DNA of 64,000 bases from Seison nebaliae (Eukaryota), in contig JALJEE010002041.1 of the NCBI GenBank assembly GCA_023231475.1, forward strand, positions 1-64,000, in the 5' to 3' direction. The notes beneath the pieces are model-generated. The model saw nothing but the letters and a program-made list of their open reading frames with translations. It searched no databases and was not told where the DNA came from. The stretch's first letter is position 1; every line of letters begins with the position of its first letter. Of this stretch, positions 1 through 13,127 are shown one piece after another. Both the position numbers and the translations under genes were made by a program.

Positions 1-49
1 TAAATAAAGCTATCCTATCTTATCTCCCACTCTTCATCACTTCTTTGTG

Positions 50-62
50 GTTGCTAAGCAAC
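50..62. promoter_or_regulatory. RFX/X-box-like palindrome GTTGCTAAGCAAC
   Basis: Perfect inverted repeat GTTGCT-A-AGCAAC resembling RFX sites (GTTGCTAGGCAAC type). The target gene is not identifiable and may lie left of the window. Confidence 0.3.
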
Positions 63-1243
63 AAGTGTTCTTAAACTCGTCTTACGAAATCTTTCACTCC
101 TAAATAATCTGTTCATCCCCTAAGCCTATCAAACTTACAAAATTTTAATTTTAACGATGTGACACATATAGAGCCATAGAGCTAACAAAGTAAGTCCAAA
201 TGCTTGGATAGTGCTCACAATAAACTTCAGTTAAACTGCATTCGAACTAAAAGTAAATCCTCATTACCTTCTATTATAAACATCTTGTTTAATAAAATAA
301 AAAGATTAATTAGAAGATTAATGTAAAACATTCACAAAACTTTAAAAATCATTCTCTTTTAACAATTTTTTTTAAACTTTCATTTATGGCTTTGAATTTA
401 AAAATCTCGAAACTCATTAAAGTTGACGATAAGCAAAAGATTAAACAAAAATAGATTTTAAATAAGCACGAGCCGCATCTAGTCTTTCATCTCCCTTGTC
501 ATGATTCGTTATATTAGTTTGATTGTGGATATGTATCGGTGTTCCGATAAGGAAGTAATATTCGATTTTGGTACATAGGAACGTTGAAGAAAAAGAAGAC
601 GACGTATAATTATTTTAAAAAAGAAATACTTGTACACGTTTTCATTTTTTCTTTACGAACGCTATCGTCTTACCCAACTTTGTTGATTTTGATTTCCCTC
701 TCGATCACTTGTCGGTGAGAACTGTTAGTCAAGTGTAGAAAGATGATTAGCATCCTCACATCATTATCAAACTGATAAGAGATATTAACCAAATATTTTA
801 AATGAAATTGAATCATCAATCAATAATGATCTCAATGTTCAAAGGTCTGATCGATTAAAAGATTTGCTACAAAAATCATAATCTCACCATTTTCACTTAC
901 TCCCCCATCAAACGATTTAATCTGTCAAAATTTGTAAATTCCTCAACATTAAACCGATATAAAATTTTCCTTAGTTTTTCTTGAATTAATTTTAACATTT
1001 AATTTTTCTTCGTGATTAATACTGATAATTTAAACCTCACAATCATTCCTTCTCAATTTGGAACAATTGTAATACCGTTTTATTTTGATTGTTTCATTTC
1101 TATCATGTAAGTTTCCATTGTTATTTATGCTATACATTTATCATTTGAAAAATTAAATTTGTTCATTTCATCTTACCGTTCAATTTATTTCTAATTTTTT
1201 ATCAACCGTATTCAACTATCGTATTGTTTCCATTTCAATTAAA

Positions 1244-2062
1244 ATGTATTCGAATTCCCATGGAAAAATTCGAGCGCTACAATTATGGTGTGCAAAACTG
1301 TTATCGATTTACGATAATGTCGAAATTACTAATATGACAACTAGTTGGAGAAATGGTCTTGCTTTTTGTGCATTAATTCATCGATTTTATCCTCATCTCA
1401 TTGAATATGAATTGTTGAAATCCGAAAATATTTTAGAAAACAATCGATTGGCATTCCAAATTGCAAACGAAAAACTGAATATTCCATCATTATTAGATGC
1501 AGAAGATATGTTATCCTTCGAAATTCCAGATAGATTAAGTATCGTCACTTATGTTTCACAATTTTATCATCATATGAAGGACTTAACACCATCAACAAAC
1601 ATTAATACGAATAACAACAATAGCAATATCTGTCCAATTCAAACAAAATTCCAAACGGAACAAAAATTAAATGAAACTAAAAAGATTCGAAACAATAGCA
1701 CTTTTAGGAAACCTAATGATGTTAAGCGGAAAACAGAAGAAATAACTCGTCCAAAATCTCAAATAATTGAAAAATCTTCTTGTCTAATGACGCCACCATC
1801 ATCTTCGAACGAATCATCGCCCAAACAACGAGGAAGATTACGCAGAGCATTGACATTAAGAGAAACGAACATTTTCCTGAAGAATGATAAAGTACATCTT
1901 CCGAACGATAATCTTTCCACAAATCCGTTTCGCAATTTGCCTAAATTCTCATCAAACTTCCAATACAATTCAAATAATTTGAAATCACTTCCAAATAACA
2001 TTTCTACATCTCAACGTGCATATTTCTATGATAAGAACGGAAATAAAATTTTTCGTAACTAA
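1244..2062 (+). CDS. Calponin-homology domain protein of the MICAL-like/EHBP1/smoothelin type, with a low-complexity tail
   Basis: ALQLWC...ITNMTTSWRNGLAFCALIHRFYPHLI...NNRLAFQIA...IPSLLDAEDM...PDRLSIVTYVSQFY is a typical type-2 CH domain. Further 3' exons cannot be excluded. Confidence 0.75.
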   Translation: MYSNSHGKIRALQLWCAKLLSIYDNVEITNMTTSWRNGLAFCALIHRFYPHLIEYELLKSENILENNRLAFQIANEKLNIPSLLDAEDMLSFEIPDRLSIVTYVSQFYHHMKDLTPSTNINTNNNNSNICPIQTKFQTEQKLNETKKIRNNSTFRKPNDVKRKTEEITRPKSQIIEKSSCLMTPPSSSNESSPKQRGRLRRALTLRETNIFLKNDKVHLPNDNLSTNPFRNLPKFSSNFQYNSNNLKSLPNNISTSQRAYFYDKNGNKIFRN

Positions 2063-3950
2063 TTCCTCTTCAAAATTATTTTGTTTATTAAAATATTTCT
2101 CATCGAAAACTTCTTAATCAATCGATTAATATTATAATTAACATTTAAATTTATATGCGATATGTAAATTGATGACATTAAAAAGAAACTTGTAAGCTAA
2201 TTTTTAACGAATGATCAACATCAAAAATTAAACTTAAAACACATTTTTAACTTTTTTCCTTCTCAAAAATCATAAACTTAACTTATGGATAATATTCGTT
2301 TTTTTTTATATTTTCCAAATTATTTAATAAAAAAAGATACGGATTTTAAGTTTCACCAAATTTCGAATAAGTTTTAAGGAAATCAAAAAATAGTAAAATT
2401 TGGACGAAAATTGGAGAATTATATGGTTTCTTTTTTTTGAATAAAAATTATATTTTCCTTATACGTAGGTAACGACAAAGTCTCGCGCGACGAATGGAGG
2501 ATGATATAACTATTATATTTGTATTGCGGTTATCGAATGGTTTCTTATTTGCTTAATTCTAACACCTTAATCATTTACGTTTAAAGAAAAACAACAAAAG
2601 AAATTTAAATTTAGGAAATTCCTATTTCCTTTTTCATCTTTCGCTTCATTGATTTTTTTTCTAGGAGAGTTGAGAGCATTCTTATTTTCAAAAATTTATA
2701 TTGAATATCTTCAATTGTCGAGAGATGTGCTTGTATCCTCCACAATCATCAATACATAGTAATCGTTGATGAATGGATGGACGAGTGAGTGTTCATAGAG
2801 ATAAACATTTTTCACCAAATGGAAGATAATAAATGAGGTGAAGAATGTGGTTTGTTATCCTATTCCATTTCGAATTGGACCGATTATCAATTCTCTCCTG
2901 TAAATTTCAGGCTTATCCATATCAAAAACTTATCATCGAGAGAAACTAATTCTTCTGACTTCTTCACTAACAGAGATGTTTTCCTTTTCTACATATTTCT
3001 TATGTAGATCTATCGGTAGTGTGAGGGAATTTGATCTTCTCTTAATTGATTTGTATTGAAGATTTCTTCTCTTAGAATCCAACTATATATTCTCACTCGA
3101 TTATGTATAGGAATCAATTTCCAATCATCCACTTAATAACTTTTTAAGTAATTTCTAATTGACATAATAATATAAGTTAGAACGTCCAATCATGAAGATA
3201 CGATTTGGTATTATATTAATCCTGAAAATCGATTTAACTATTAAAAATGTTTATAATAAAAATGTGGAAAATATAAATGGTTGAGAAGGAAATGAATTCT
3301 CAATATTTCGTCTTTCAAATATACATATGGTCTGTTACGATAATAATCATACAGATAATTTTATATGATTATGAACAATTATATTTCATCATTAGAAATA
3401 AAGATAATGATTAATATTTTTCTCTTTATAATCTCCATCCTCTTTTTTGTTTTATTTCATTTGTCTCATATAAGAGAATATCTTCTCAATTCACACCTTC
3501 CAAAGGGGAAGATACAAGAATTATATTCATACAGACAATTATATGATACAAACCTTTTACTTCTTAACCTTTTGCCGTTTGAAGATATGATCATTTGAAA
3601 ATTTTATTTTTCTTCGAAGCTTGCAGATGACTGATTGTGTTTCTTATCTCTCTTCTCTTTCCGTTTTGGCTTTTTAAATTGCAACAAAAATTTTTGCAGA
3701 AGTGAAAAAAGAAAAAATTTCAGTCAATTCTTCTTCTCCATTCTTCTTTCTCCCTCTACCACCAATAACAACAACAACAACAATATCATTCTTTAATCAA
3801 TTAATTCAATTTATAATTCTCGTAATAACTTCAATTACAATTTTTTTTGTCATCTTCTAAAAATTCGAGAAGATATTTAAAATTCAATCATCGTCAAACA
3901 AAAAAATAAAAGAAAATTCGATAGTGAAATTGTTGTGAGAGTAAAAATAA

Positions 3951-6302
3951 ATGATGGAAAAAGCACATGATATATCGATCGATGAGCCGAGTGTAGCCCA
4001 TCAAGCAATCTTATTCATATTAGACGTTCTCATTACAAGAAATGGGAAATCAACAATGAAGATCAGTGATCTGTTCGATGCATTTGGAGATAAACGATTC
4101 ACTCCACCAATGTTGAAAGCAGTTGGAGGGAATGAAGATTCTTTAAAAATCTTTCTTGCCCGATATCCTTCCTTGTTCACATTGAATCTCACTGAAGATA
4201 CAGTTATCGCCAATTCGGGTGAACCGGTCAAAACGTTGACACCTGAAAGATTTCTATCAAATCGAACAAAGAAATTACAGGATCCCACAATCATTAACAC
4301 TATATTGGACGAACCAACTGATGGTAAGACGATGAAAGAGATTGAACAAGAAGCGATTCTCTTCTTTCGGAAACAAATGGCGAAAAGAGATGAAGAATGG
4401 TTACCTTTGGTTAGTGTGGCGGGACATGCATCACAAGCATCGAGTGATGTACGCAAATATGTTGGTCCACAAAATGAATTTAAGAGTTTCTTATTGAGAT
4501 ATCCTCATATATTTGTGGTACGAGAAGATTTTTGTGGTTTGAAAGGGAAAGCTGATCAACCAGGAATACCATTCCCACCACCATCACCTCTACCCAAACG
4601 ACGAATAGTTATGGTGCCGGAGAGTGCAGCACCAGCTTTATTACAATTGGCAGCTGATGGATCGATAAATACGAAAGCATTATTTCATTCAGATCATCGA
4701 TCTAATTCATTCAAATCCAATTCGATGGGATTAAGAACAAAATTATTAAATGGATCCACCATCTCCACATCTACAACATCCACTTTATCATCTGTTATGA
4801 ATAATGGAAATAATTCTCTAAACAATACTAATCCAATTGGTAATTTGTCGAATAATGTCAATTTGAATACATCGAATAATTCAACGAATAATGTTCCTCC
4901 TCGATTGACACCGATCGAAGTGAAAGCAGTTCATTTTGTCATGAGAATTCTATATCGGAATGGGAGAATGTTGTTACAGAATATTGCCGGACATTTGTCT
5001 CGTGCACCTGATGATATATCTAACATTATCGGTTTTACTCGAGAAGATCTTATTCAATTCTTTAAACGACATTCAGCTGTTTTTCAATTACATCCTGATG
5101 GTTGTATTAGTGTAAAACCGGATGCCGTTCGTGCATTGATCAACAAAGATCGAACTCCCAATGAACCAATGTTACATCAGGAGAGTGGTGTCATTCTAAG
5201 AATTTTCCCAAAATATGGAATTTTGAATATGGAGAATAATGAACAAGTTTTCTTCGATATTCAATCATGTCTATTTGAGACATTTAGTGATTTGACTACC
5301 GTTTTACATCCAGGAGAATATCTGATGTTTAACGCTGCTCTTGGTCCACGTGAAGGATCGACGAAATGGCGTTCATTAAAAACTTGGATAAAGACGATGC
5401 CCGAACCAGCAGCTGTACCACTTCAACAATCCAATAATCGGAAGAATGATATGATGTTATATTGGCCAGAGAAGGCACCATCATTATCATCAACAACAAC
5501 AACATCATCAATTCCATTGAACAATTCATCGTTGATGTTGAACAATACGAACAATAATTTAAATTTAATAAATAATAATAATGTGAATAATTCAATGAAG
5601 AATTCATCGAGTGATTATCCATCGACTGAATCGCCAATTGATAGAAATAAAAATCAATTTATTCTTTCTGATCAATCAAAAACTAATTTCTCATCAAATG
5701 AAGGACAATTGAATGAACATCTTTTAATTGGACAGGAAAGAAGTGATGATACCGATTCTGATGCATCTGATCACATCTCCTCCACCATCGATACTACATC
5801 AATTCCATCTACAACCAATATCATACAAATGAAACCGGATGACATGATTGATAGTGTATCTGATGAGAAACAAATCATCAAATTATCAACAACAACATCA
5901 TCCTCTAAAAGGAATTCATTAGCAGCCGCATCCAATCTCATCAACGGTTTAGTTAACGACGATTTATTGAACATGTATCATCTAATGGAAATTGATGATG
6001 ACTTTTCACTTTGTAGTAGCAGCACAGGAAGTGCAGTTCAATCACGGATTACTTCAGCGGAGCCTGATAATCGACTGAAATTTTTTGATCATGTTCAATC
6101 GAAAGTTATCGATCAGATACCTGTCGATCTTGTTCAAATTAATTCAGATTCAAAATCTATAGTTGTCAATTATCAATTACCGAATGATCCCGTCTCTCCA
6201 AATGTTGATGAGCAATCAACTAAATGTGAAATTTCTACACAAACTGTGTCAACCGGACGAATTCTTTCATTGAAAACTGCGAGAATAGAAGAAAATTTCT
6301 AG
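3951..6302 (+). CDS. Egalitarian-like RNA-binding adaptor: 3 Egl-type winged-helix repeats, a cold-shock/OB domain and a C-terminal TQT motif
   Basis: Intronless 783-aa ORF. FGDKRFTPPMLKAVGGNEDSLKIFLARYPSLF and EAILFFRKQM...PLVSVAGHASQASSDVR...EFKSFLLRYPHIF resemble the N-terminal repeats of Drosophila Egl. GVILRIFPKYGIL...VFFD is CSD-like. ISTQTV lies near the C-terminus. Confidence 0.7.
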   Translation: MMEKAHDISIDEPSVAHQAILFILDVLITRNGKSTMKISDLFDAFGDKRFTPPMLKAVGGNEDSLKIFLARYPSLFTLNLTEDTVIANSGEPVKTLTPERFLSNRTKKLQDPTIINTILDEPTDGKTMKEIEQEAILFFRKQMAKRDEEWLPLVSVAGHASQASSDVRKYVGPQNEFKSFLLRYPHIFVVREDFCGLKGKADQPGIPFPPPSPLPKRRIVMVPESAAPALLQLAADGSINTKALFHSDHRSNSFKSNSMGLRTKLLNGSTISTSTTSTLSSVMNNGNNSLNNTNPIGNLSNNVNLNTSNNSTNNVPPRLTPIEVKAVHFVMRILYRNGRMLLQNIAGHLSRAPDDISNIIGFTREDLIQFFKRHSAVFQLHPDGCISVKPDAVRALINKDRTPNEPMLHQESGVILRIFPKYGILNMENNEQVFFDIQSCLFETFSDLTTVLHPGEYLMFNAALGPREGSTKWRSLKTWIKTMPEPAAVPLQQSNNRKNDMMLYWPEKAPSLSSTTTTSSIPLNNSSLMLNNTNNNLNLINNNNVNNSMKNSSSDYPSTESPIDRNKNQFILSDQSKTNFSSNEGQLNEHLLIGQERSDDTDSDASDHISSTIDTTSIPSTTNIIQMKPDDMIDSVSDEKQIIKLSTTTSSSKRNSLAAASNLINGLVNDDLLNMYHLMEIDDDFSLCSSSTGSAVQSRITSAEPDNRLKFFDHVQSKVIDQIPVDLVQINSDSKSIVVNYQLPNDPVSPNVDEQSTKCEISTQTVSTGRILSLKTARIEENF

Positions 6303-8093
6303 AAATCGTTTTCGAACGATTATCTTCATAATTGATATAATTTCACTTAACAAATTAGTAGTGACGAAAGGAAATAATTCGTGTTCTAAAATTTCTTCTC
6401 AATTTCCTTAAAAATACTCAAACGAATGTCACATTAATCGAATGAAATTCATTTCGCTTCATTCAATCTCTCACATCCATTGAATTATGAATTGAATTTT
6501 CTCTTTAGAAATTTCACGACAATTAAAATGTTGGACGATAACATGCAAACTTCTCATTTCCTTTTTCTCTTCCCTTCCAACCTCTCAAAACACTCTCAAC
6601 TAAAATTTATTTATTAGTTCTTTTCTTCCTTCCTTTTTTCAATTTCATAAGACTATCCTCATTCCATGAGGAAAGTTTTCTTTCTTTGAATATTGTTTTA
6701 ATGAAAGAATTAGAGAATTCCATTGTGAAACGTAACGCAACTTCAGTAACAATCGCAAACAATCCTTTCTTTCAACTATCTTTTACATTATTTTTTCCTT
6801 TCATATATATATCAACAAATACCAACCAATTTTCAGCGGTCTATTGTTGAATATTAGAAGGACCGACTAGACCAAACTAATTATTCAAATATTTTTCAAA
6901 TTTCTCTTTCAACATCGATATGCAAACATTACCCTCGCTATCCAATTTAAAGTATTATTTGTCTGTGCTTTATTTTCATCCATCCGGCTAATTCGATAAT
7001 TATATTATGCGTTTTCTTTCAAGAATAATTCTCCCGAAAATCTTTTTTATATTTCCATTCATCAACAAACTTTTTCTCCCCCAAAAATCTCCCCATTCAT
7101 TCACTGCATGTCTATAAACTACTTTTATTCCATAAATTCTTTTATGCAATACTTTCACAGAAATGCTGTCACGTATACACGGACACATACATAAACAGAT
7201 CAACGACAATTAACATTTTTCCAATAAATTTTCCTGATCATTCGATAATTTCTCGTCTTTCAATGTCAAAGAAAAATCCAGTTCCAATTCTTTTCATTAT
7301 TCCCTTTTGATTCTGCATTAAATATTATGATGCTTCACTTTATTTCTCGTTATTTTTTTATTGAGATATCGAATAAATTATGAAATATCTATTTCTTCTT
7401 AACAAAAAATAAAGTTACAAAGTAAAACATTCTCTACATAAAGTTTCTCTATTAATATCTGATAGTTCTCTTATCATTACAAAATTTGACACTTACCTAA
7501 TGTAATTATTATTATATCGAATATTCATTAGAAATCATCAAAAATATCAATGAAAATATTATATATTATCACCATCATATTATTCATTCGTTTAAAAAAG
7601 AACTTGTTGGAAAAAAAGTTTGGATTAAGCCAAAGAATTCAAACCGAAAACTGTCAAAAATAAGAATAAAAGATCATTATGAGAATGAAATATAAATTGA
7701 GTCAATGATGACAAGAAATGAATGATATGGCCCAAATGGGAAAGTTGAATACTCGTCGATGGAAGAAAGGGGAACGAATTACAAATTAATTTCATGACAT
7801 TTAACATAGAGCAACTTTCGTCCTAATGGCAAATGACAAAGTGGATGGCGAATTCATATCGCTAAATCGATAGCAAATTTCCTGAGCTGTTTATGTAAAA
7901 TTTATATAAGTGTACGTGCATTATGCTTGGAGAGACATGCACACCAATTTATGTTTGAAGGAAATATATTCTATTTACTCGTCAGATTCAATTCCTTTTT
8001 CTATTGGACAGACATTATATAGGCGGACGAAAAAGAAGGAGTGAGAGAAGAAAAAGAGAAAACATTTTGGAGACATTAACTGCATACTACACA

Positions 8094-8330
8094 ATGATTA
8101 TTCTGATGCAATGGATAAGTGTATTTCTACTTTTCCTTATTACTGCAACTACACTGAGTTGGCAATTGTCTTTTGGTTTCGTATTTACGTTCGGCATTAT
8201 CTCGATTGCAATAATTGCTTATCGTGTTTATATGTTTAACGACTGTCATTCAGATGCCATTGAATTATATAAAGAGATTGAAGAAGCTAAGCAGTTCATT
8301 CAGCGAAATAACATAATAAAATCAAAATAA
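8094..8330 (+). CDS. DPM3: Dolichol-phosphate mannosyltransferase subunit 3
   Basis: 78 aa from the internal ATG at 8094: MIILMQW..., two TM segments, then YRVYMFNDCHSDAIELYKEIEEAK, matching the DPM3 YRVATFHDC...EL...I.EA motif. Confidence 0.85.
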   Translation: MIILMQWISVFLLFLITATTLSWQLSFGFVFTFGIISIAIIAYRVYMFNDCHSDAIELYKEIEEAKQFIQRNNIIKSK

Positions 8331-8738
8331 ATTATTTCTATCTTCTCATTCATTTCCCACATTATTTTTCCTCCATTAAATCATTTTATTCAATTTCTCA
8401 ACTTATTAAAAACGAATTTAAATATTTATCAGAAATCATTCAAAATTGCATTGGAAGACAAACACGTTTATCCTATGTCAATTCGTCGACGATAGAATTA
8501 GATAGATAACATTAAGAATTAAATTGAAAGAAAATTTTTATTTATTTTCTTTCCTTGAAAAAAATCCATTTAATAAAGTTATGATGTAATTATGAGAGAC
8601 ATATTTTACCGTCAATTTAGGAAGATGATGATATATTTCTTATTAAATATAAATTATGATTTTTGAAGAATTCTTCTTCAATTTCAATCTTTAATTGTCA
8701 ACTAACATTCTCAATCGATTTTCAGAGACAGGAAGAAG

Positions 8739-10826
8739 ATGAATAATGTATTTATCGAATGTATGCACGGAGAACATGTGACGGAAGATGCTCACGTTCT
8801 CCAACAGATCAATTCTCAAACATCTTTCATGAGAGATGCATTCATCAAATTATTGAATGACCAAGTCGTTCGATATGAACAAATTTTCCAATTATTCAAT
8901 GAACAATCACCAAATATGTCACTTTTCCATTCAATTCCGCCCGATCTCCATTTTGTGAAATGTGATAAGAAACTCGTAAATTTCGTCGAAGTAACAATTG
9001 AACCGGAAGACAACGAAAATCTATTTAAATCATTTAAACAAGATAAACCAGATTTAATACTCAAAAATATTTTGAGGTATTTTATTTCTTTTCCTGATTC
9101 ATTCTTAACATTTATTTTTCAGACAAACAAATCGTTCAGCATTCCATCCAATTCGTTCAAATTTTTGGGGACGACTTCTTCGTCCAACATTACCTATCGA
9201 ACGATCTAATTCAAAATCATTTTCTGATGAATTAAACAATAGTGAAAACGGTCAAATAATTATGTCGAGATCACAGAATACATTTATTGGAAATTTACAT
9301 TATCTTCGAAAATCATCAAATTCTCTCAACGATTCCATCAGATATTTGAGGAAGATGAATGAAACTTTGTTTGTTTCACCATTTATGAAACGATTAATCA
9401 TCTGCTTCCTCCATTATATGGATGTGCAGATGACGTGCAAATTACTTCAATTATTGATACAATCTAAACCGTTAAGTAAGAAGAGTAATGTCATCGACAA
9501 TCATGGGGTGAAAGTGATGAAAGATAATCAATTAAATGAATTTTATATTATGACGACGAGAAAGAGTTGGGTGGCTACTACGAATGTCATGAGTAAATTA
9601 TATCACAAACATTTCGTTTAAATTTCATTTTTTTCTCAATATCTCATGAGAATATTTCAGAAATTCAATTACAGGAAATCTCATAAATTTCATGAATTCA
9701 ATTGGCATATTTGGATATTTGATTGTCTCTCATTCGAGTTTATTGTTTAGTTAATATAGTCTGACTTCTATTCTGATAATTTCCTTTCATTTCAAACGTC
9801 AAACATTTATTTATCAATATACTGATGATGTTTTCTTTTTTTTTCTGTGAAGGTTAATATTATTGACATGTATCTGAGAGAAGGTTTCAAGATCATCTTA
9901 AGATTCACATTGGCATTGTTCGATCGATTTGTGAAAAGTCGAACAGCTTTACCCATTGAAGAATTCATTCAGAACGACATTGCAACTTGGGACAATTTCA
10001 ATCAATTGAAACAAGAGGCATTCTCAATTCATCGATTTTCTAGAGAAGAATTTATCAGAATGTTAACAAACGAACAGAAATTATTATGTTAATATTTCTT
10101 CATTATCATATTATCAAATTATCAATTATAAATTTCAAAATATCATCAGGTACTCTCAATTTCGATGAGGAACCGAGTGAAATGATTATCGATGTTAATT
10201 TAAAGATACCCGATTGCATGTTAAATGCAAATGAAGTTCCTACTTAAAATTTCTATCCAAATTCAAAATGTAAATTTTAAAATTTTTTGATAGTTAAGAA
10301 GAATATGGGAATATATCCCATCGAGGAATCAGGTACGAACTCCTTATATCGCCTTCTCAATGGCGGAACATGGAACATCGTTACAAACTCTACATAAATT
10401 AGTTGATGAATTATCGTCAAATATTCTTTTAATAAAAACGACAGATGAACAAGTTTCGAATTTGAAATTTTTTTTTTCAAATTTTATTTGCAGGTTATTG
10501 GTGCATATTCATCTGTGGAATGGACTTGTGCAAAAAGATCAGAATTACCATATTTTGGTACGGGAGAAACGTTCGTTTTTACTCTACGTCCAAAAACTAA
10601 TTTCCATGAATGGAGCGAAGATAATAATTATTTCATTCGTTTCGATCAAGGAGAACAATCGATTGTATTTGGTGGGAATGTGAGTGGAAATGGAGAAGCG
10701 ATAATGATTGATCAAGATATGAGAAACGGTAAGAGTTCTCCTTCAGCGACTTTTGCTAGTGAGCGATTGACAACGAATGAGACATTTTCTATCCGACAAT
10801 TGGAAGTGATAGGATTCAGCGATTAA
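8739..10826 (+). CDS. TBC1D24: TBC1D24/Skywalker-like protein (divergent TBC domain plus C-terminal TLDc domain), about 7 exons
   Basis: IIDMYLREGFKIILRFTLALF (TBC C-terminus). HGTSLQTL, VIGAYSS, YFGTGETFVFTLRP, IMIDQDMRNGKSSPSATFASERL...LEV (TLDc). Frames are restored by short GT-AG introns. Confidence 0.8.
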
Positions 10827-11122
10827 CCAAATATTATACATATTATTCATTTACTATTTATCCATTCCTTTTTCATTTATTTATTTTTTTCCATAAATCT
10901 TACAATATTATATTTGTTATATTACTTTTTCCATTCTCAACGTTATCCATTTGAAAAAATGATTATGGTAATTTCCATCTTCCGTTCGATCATATATATG
11001 ACAATATGATTTTTATAAAATAAAGAAGATGAAAAGAAAATTCTGTTGAATTGTTTAGAAATTTGAATAGTTAACTATAAAATAGATTATTCTAATATAG
11101 GGAGAATATTAAAGAAAAGACA

Positions 11123-12362
11123 ATGGTATCAGATCCAATATATTTAGCTGTCGATCCCACAGGTGAAAGCAATGGGAAATTAATCATAAATGATGTGAAT
11201 GGAAAGGAACATGAAATTAGTGTAAAATGTTCATTCCAAATAAGTAAACTCGCTCAATCCGGTGTAATTTATAACGATGAAATTAATCAGAATAAGATTA
11301 TGATAACGAACGACGAATTGGCTGAGAATAGAATTTCAAGTATATTCTGTGATGAAGAAGTTACAGCTTTCCCCGAGTTCGAATGTAAACGAGCAAAACA
11401 TGAAAACGTAAGTGAAGAAGTTGACGAAAAAGAAATTGTGGAAAGAGCATCATCTGTAACACCTCGCAAATCGTCACACGATTTACCATCTCCACAATAC
11501 TTATGGCCTGCAGATGAAACAACCTCTCCCACCATGAAAACATTAGATACGACATCCTCTTCATCCTCATCATCTTCAGCCTCATCTTCGTCATCTTCAT
11601 GGTCCAACGGTAATATTGAACCAATAAAAGAGAATAAGAATGATATTGAACGAATAAACAAAAATAAAATTGATTCAACGTTATTTACTGGCAAACGGAA
11701 ACTTACTAATTTATCTCAAACATTAATTTTCAATAATCATATTTCAGAAGATAGTGGAGATACTTCTGGTACTTCAGACGCGGAAGAACTTGAGCCTCTT
11801 AATTTCTCGATAATTTCGATGTTTAATAAAAATCTTCTTGCAGAACAAACGAAAAGAAAAGAATTGGAGAAACGTTTAGAAGTAATAATCAAAACTCCTT
11901 TGAAAATAATTGGAGATAGGAGTGAAAATTTGAAGAATAATTTTAAAATAATTTCCGAAATCTTCTCGAAATTAAAGATTCCAAAAAATTTATCAATAAA
12001 CCAGGTAAACTTCCCTAAGAAAATTGGGAAAAAATTGAAAGTTTAAATTTTATTTTCAATTTATTTGTCTCCATTTAACATCTTATCAAATCGTTTAGCG
12101 TAGTGGTATCTGTACAATAAAACAACTGGCGAATAATTTAGTTGAGGCGAATTATTCTCAACATTTGTTGAGAGCAATTTTATTATATAAGACTCCCATT
12201 ACATTAGTAGAAATAGCACAAGTCCTGAAGATTGTTGATACATTTTTTATAGATTATATTCGAAAACATTCGATTGAACAAGACATCAGAAGTTCTTGCA
12301 ACAAATTTGAGAATCAATTAGAATTATCGTTAAAAGGAAAATTATTGAAAGAGAGTTTATAA
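11123..12362 (+). CDS. Unknown protein with Ser-rich/acidic middle, 2 exons
   Basis: 307-aa ORF. An intron at 12041-12098 (GTT...TAG; alternative donor at 12005) joins it in frame to RSGICTIKQL...KESL*. Confidence 0.6.
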
Positions 12363-13127
12363 AAGTTCAAAGAATTTTCCAATTTTCTTCATTACTGGAC
12401 TGCCTATCACCTGTTTCTTTTTGATAATTTTTTCCCAATAACTAAAAAATTTACTTATCGCTGATTGTTCGATAACATCAATAATATTCTGCGATTTCTC
12501 TTCCGGACGTTTCAACTCATCATCTAATATGAAATTTACTAATTGTGCTCTCATATCTTCAGGCTGAGAATATGGTAAACGTAAATAATTTGCGAATGGT
12601 AAAGTACTATTCTCATCAGCAGACCAATAAACTGGTGGTCCTGCATAAATGTCATTTTTCGGTCGTTTTTCTTCAAATTTTCTTTGTTCTTCTTGTCGCA
12701 TATGTTTCAATTCCAGTTGCTCTTTGATTTCACCTATAATTAATTTGATATTGTGCTCGTCCGGTGATTTATCTCCAAATTTCGTCATTACTGTATATAA
12801 ATTCATACGTACGAGACCGATTTTCGGTTTAATACGACAAATGTCGAAAAATTCTTCTTTCGGAATATCATGATATAACATTGCTCTTAAGAATGTGCAA
12901 TATATTTTACAATTAAAATATGGTTCTATATTTGATATGAACGTTTCAATCCAACATCGACTCGTAGTACAACCAACAGGTACTACAGTCATTGGGTCAA
13001 TGGTTGGCAGATCATTTTTTGGATCGGGAGGTCCTAGTAGCCATGTTTGTTCAAAAGGTCTTGATTCATTTTCATTTCCAAAATTAATCTCATTAATTCC
13101 CTCTAATAGTTCGTTCAACGTTGTCAT
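12357..13127 (-). CDS. Unknown protein (256 aa)
   Basis: Long ATG-initiated ORF of globular composition in very AT-rich DNA. No family recognised. Confidence 0.6.
   Translation of the reverse strand: MTTLNELLEGINEINFGNENESRPFEQTWLLGPPDPKNDLPTIDPMTVVPVGCTTSRCWIETFISNIEPYFNCKIYCTFLRAMLYHDIPKEEFFDICRIKPKIGLVRMNLYTVMTKFGDKSPDEHNIKLIIGEIKEQLELKHMRQEEQRKFEEKRPKNDIYAGPPVYWSADENSTLPFANYLRLPYSQPEDMRAQLVNFILDDELKRPEEKSQNIIDVIEQSAISKFFSYWEKIIKKKQVIGSPVMKKIGKFFELL

Noticed and set aside
4001..4456. Antisense ORF in the Egl-like gene, and similar shadow ORFs such as 11287-11694, 41379-41726 and 57983-58342
   Set aside because: These are reverse-frame shadows of real CDSs with no recognisable motifs.
8004..8093. 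N-terminal extension of DPM3 from a TTG start (likewise NMNAT 26560-26652)
   Set aside because: An artefact of non-ATG starts in the ORF track. Homology begins at the downstream ATG.
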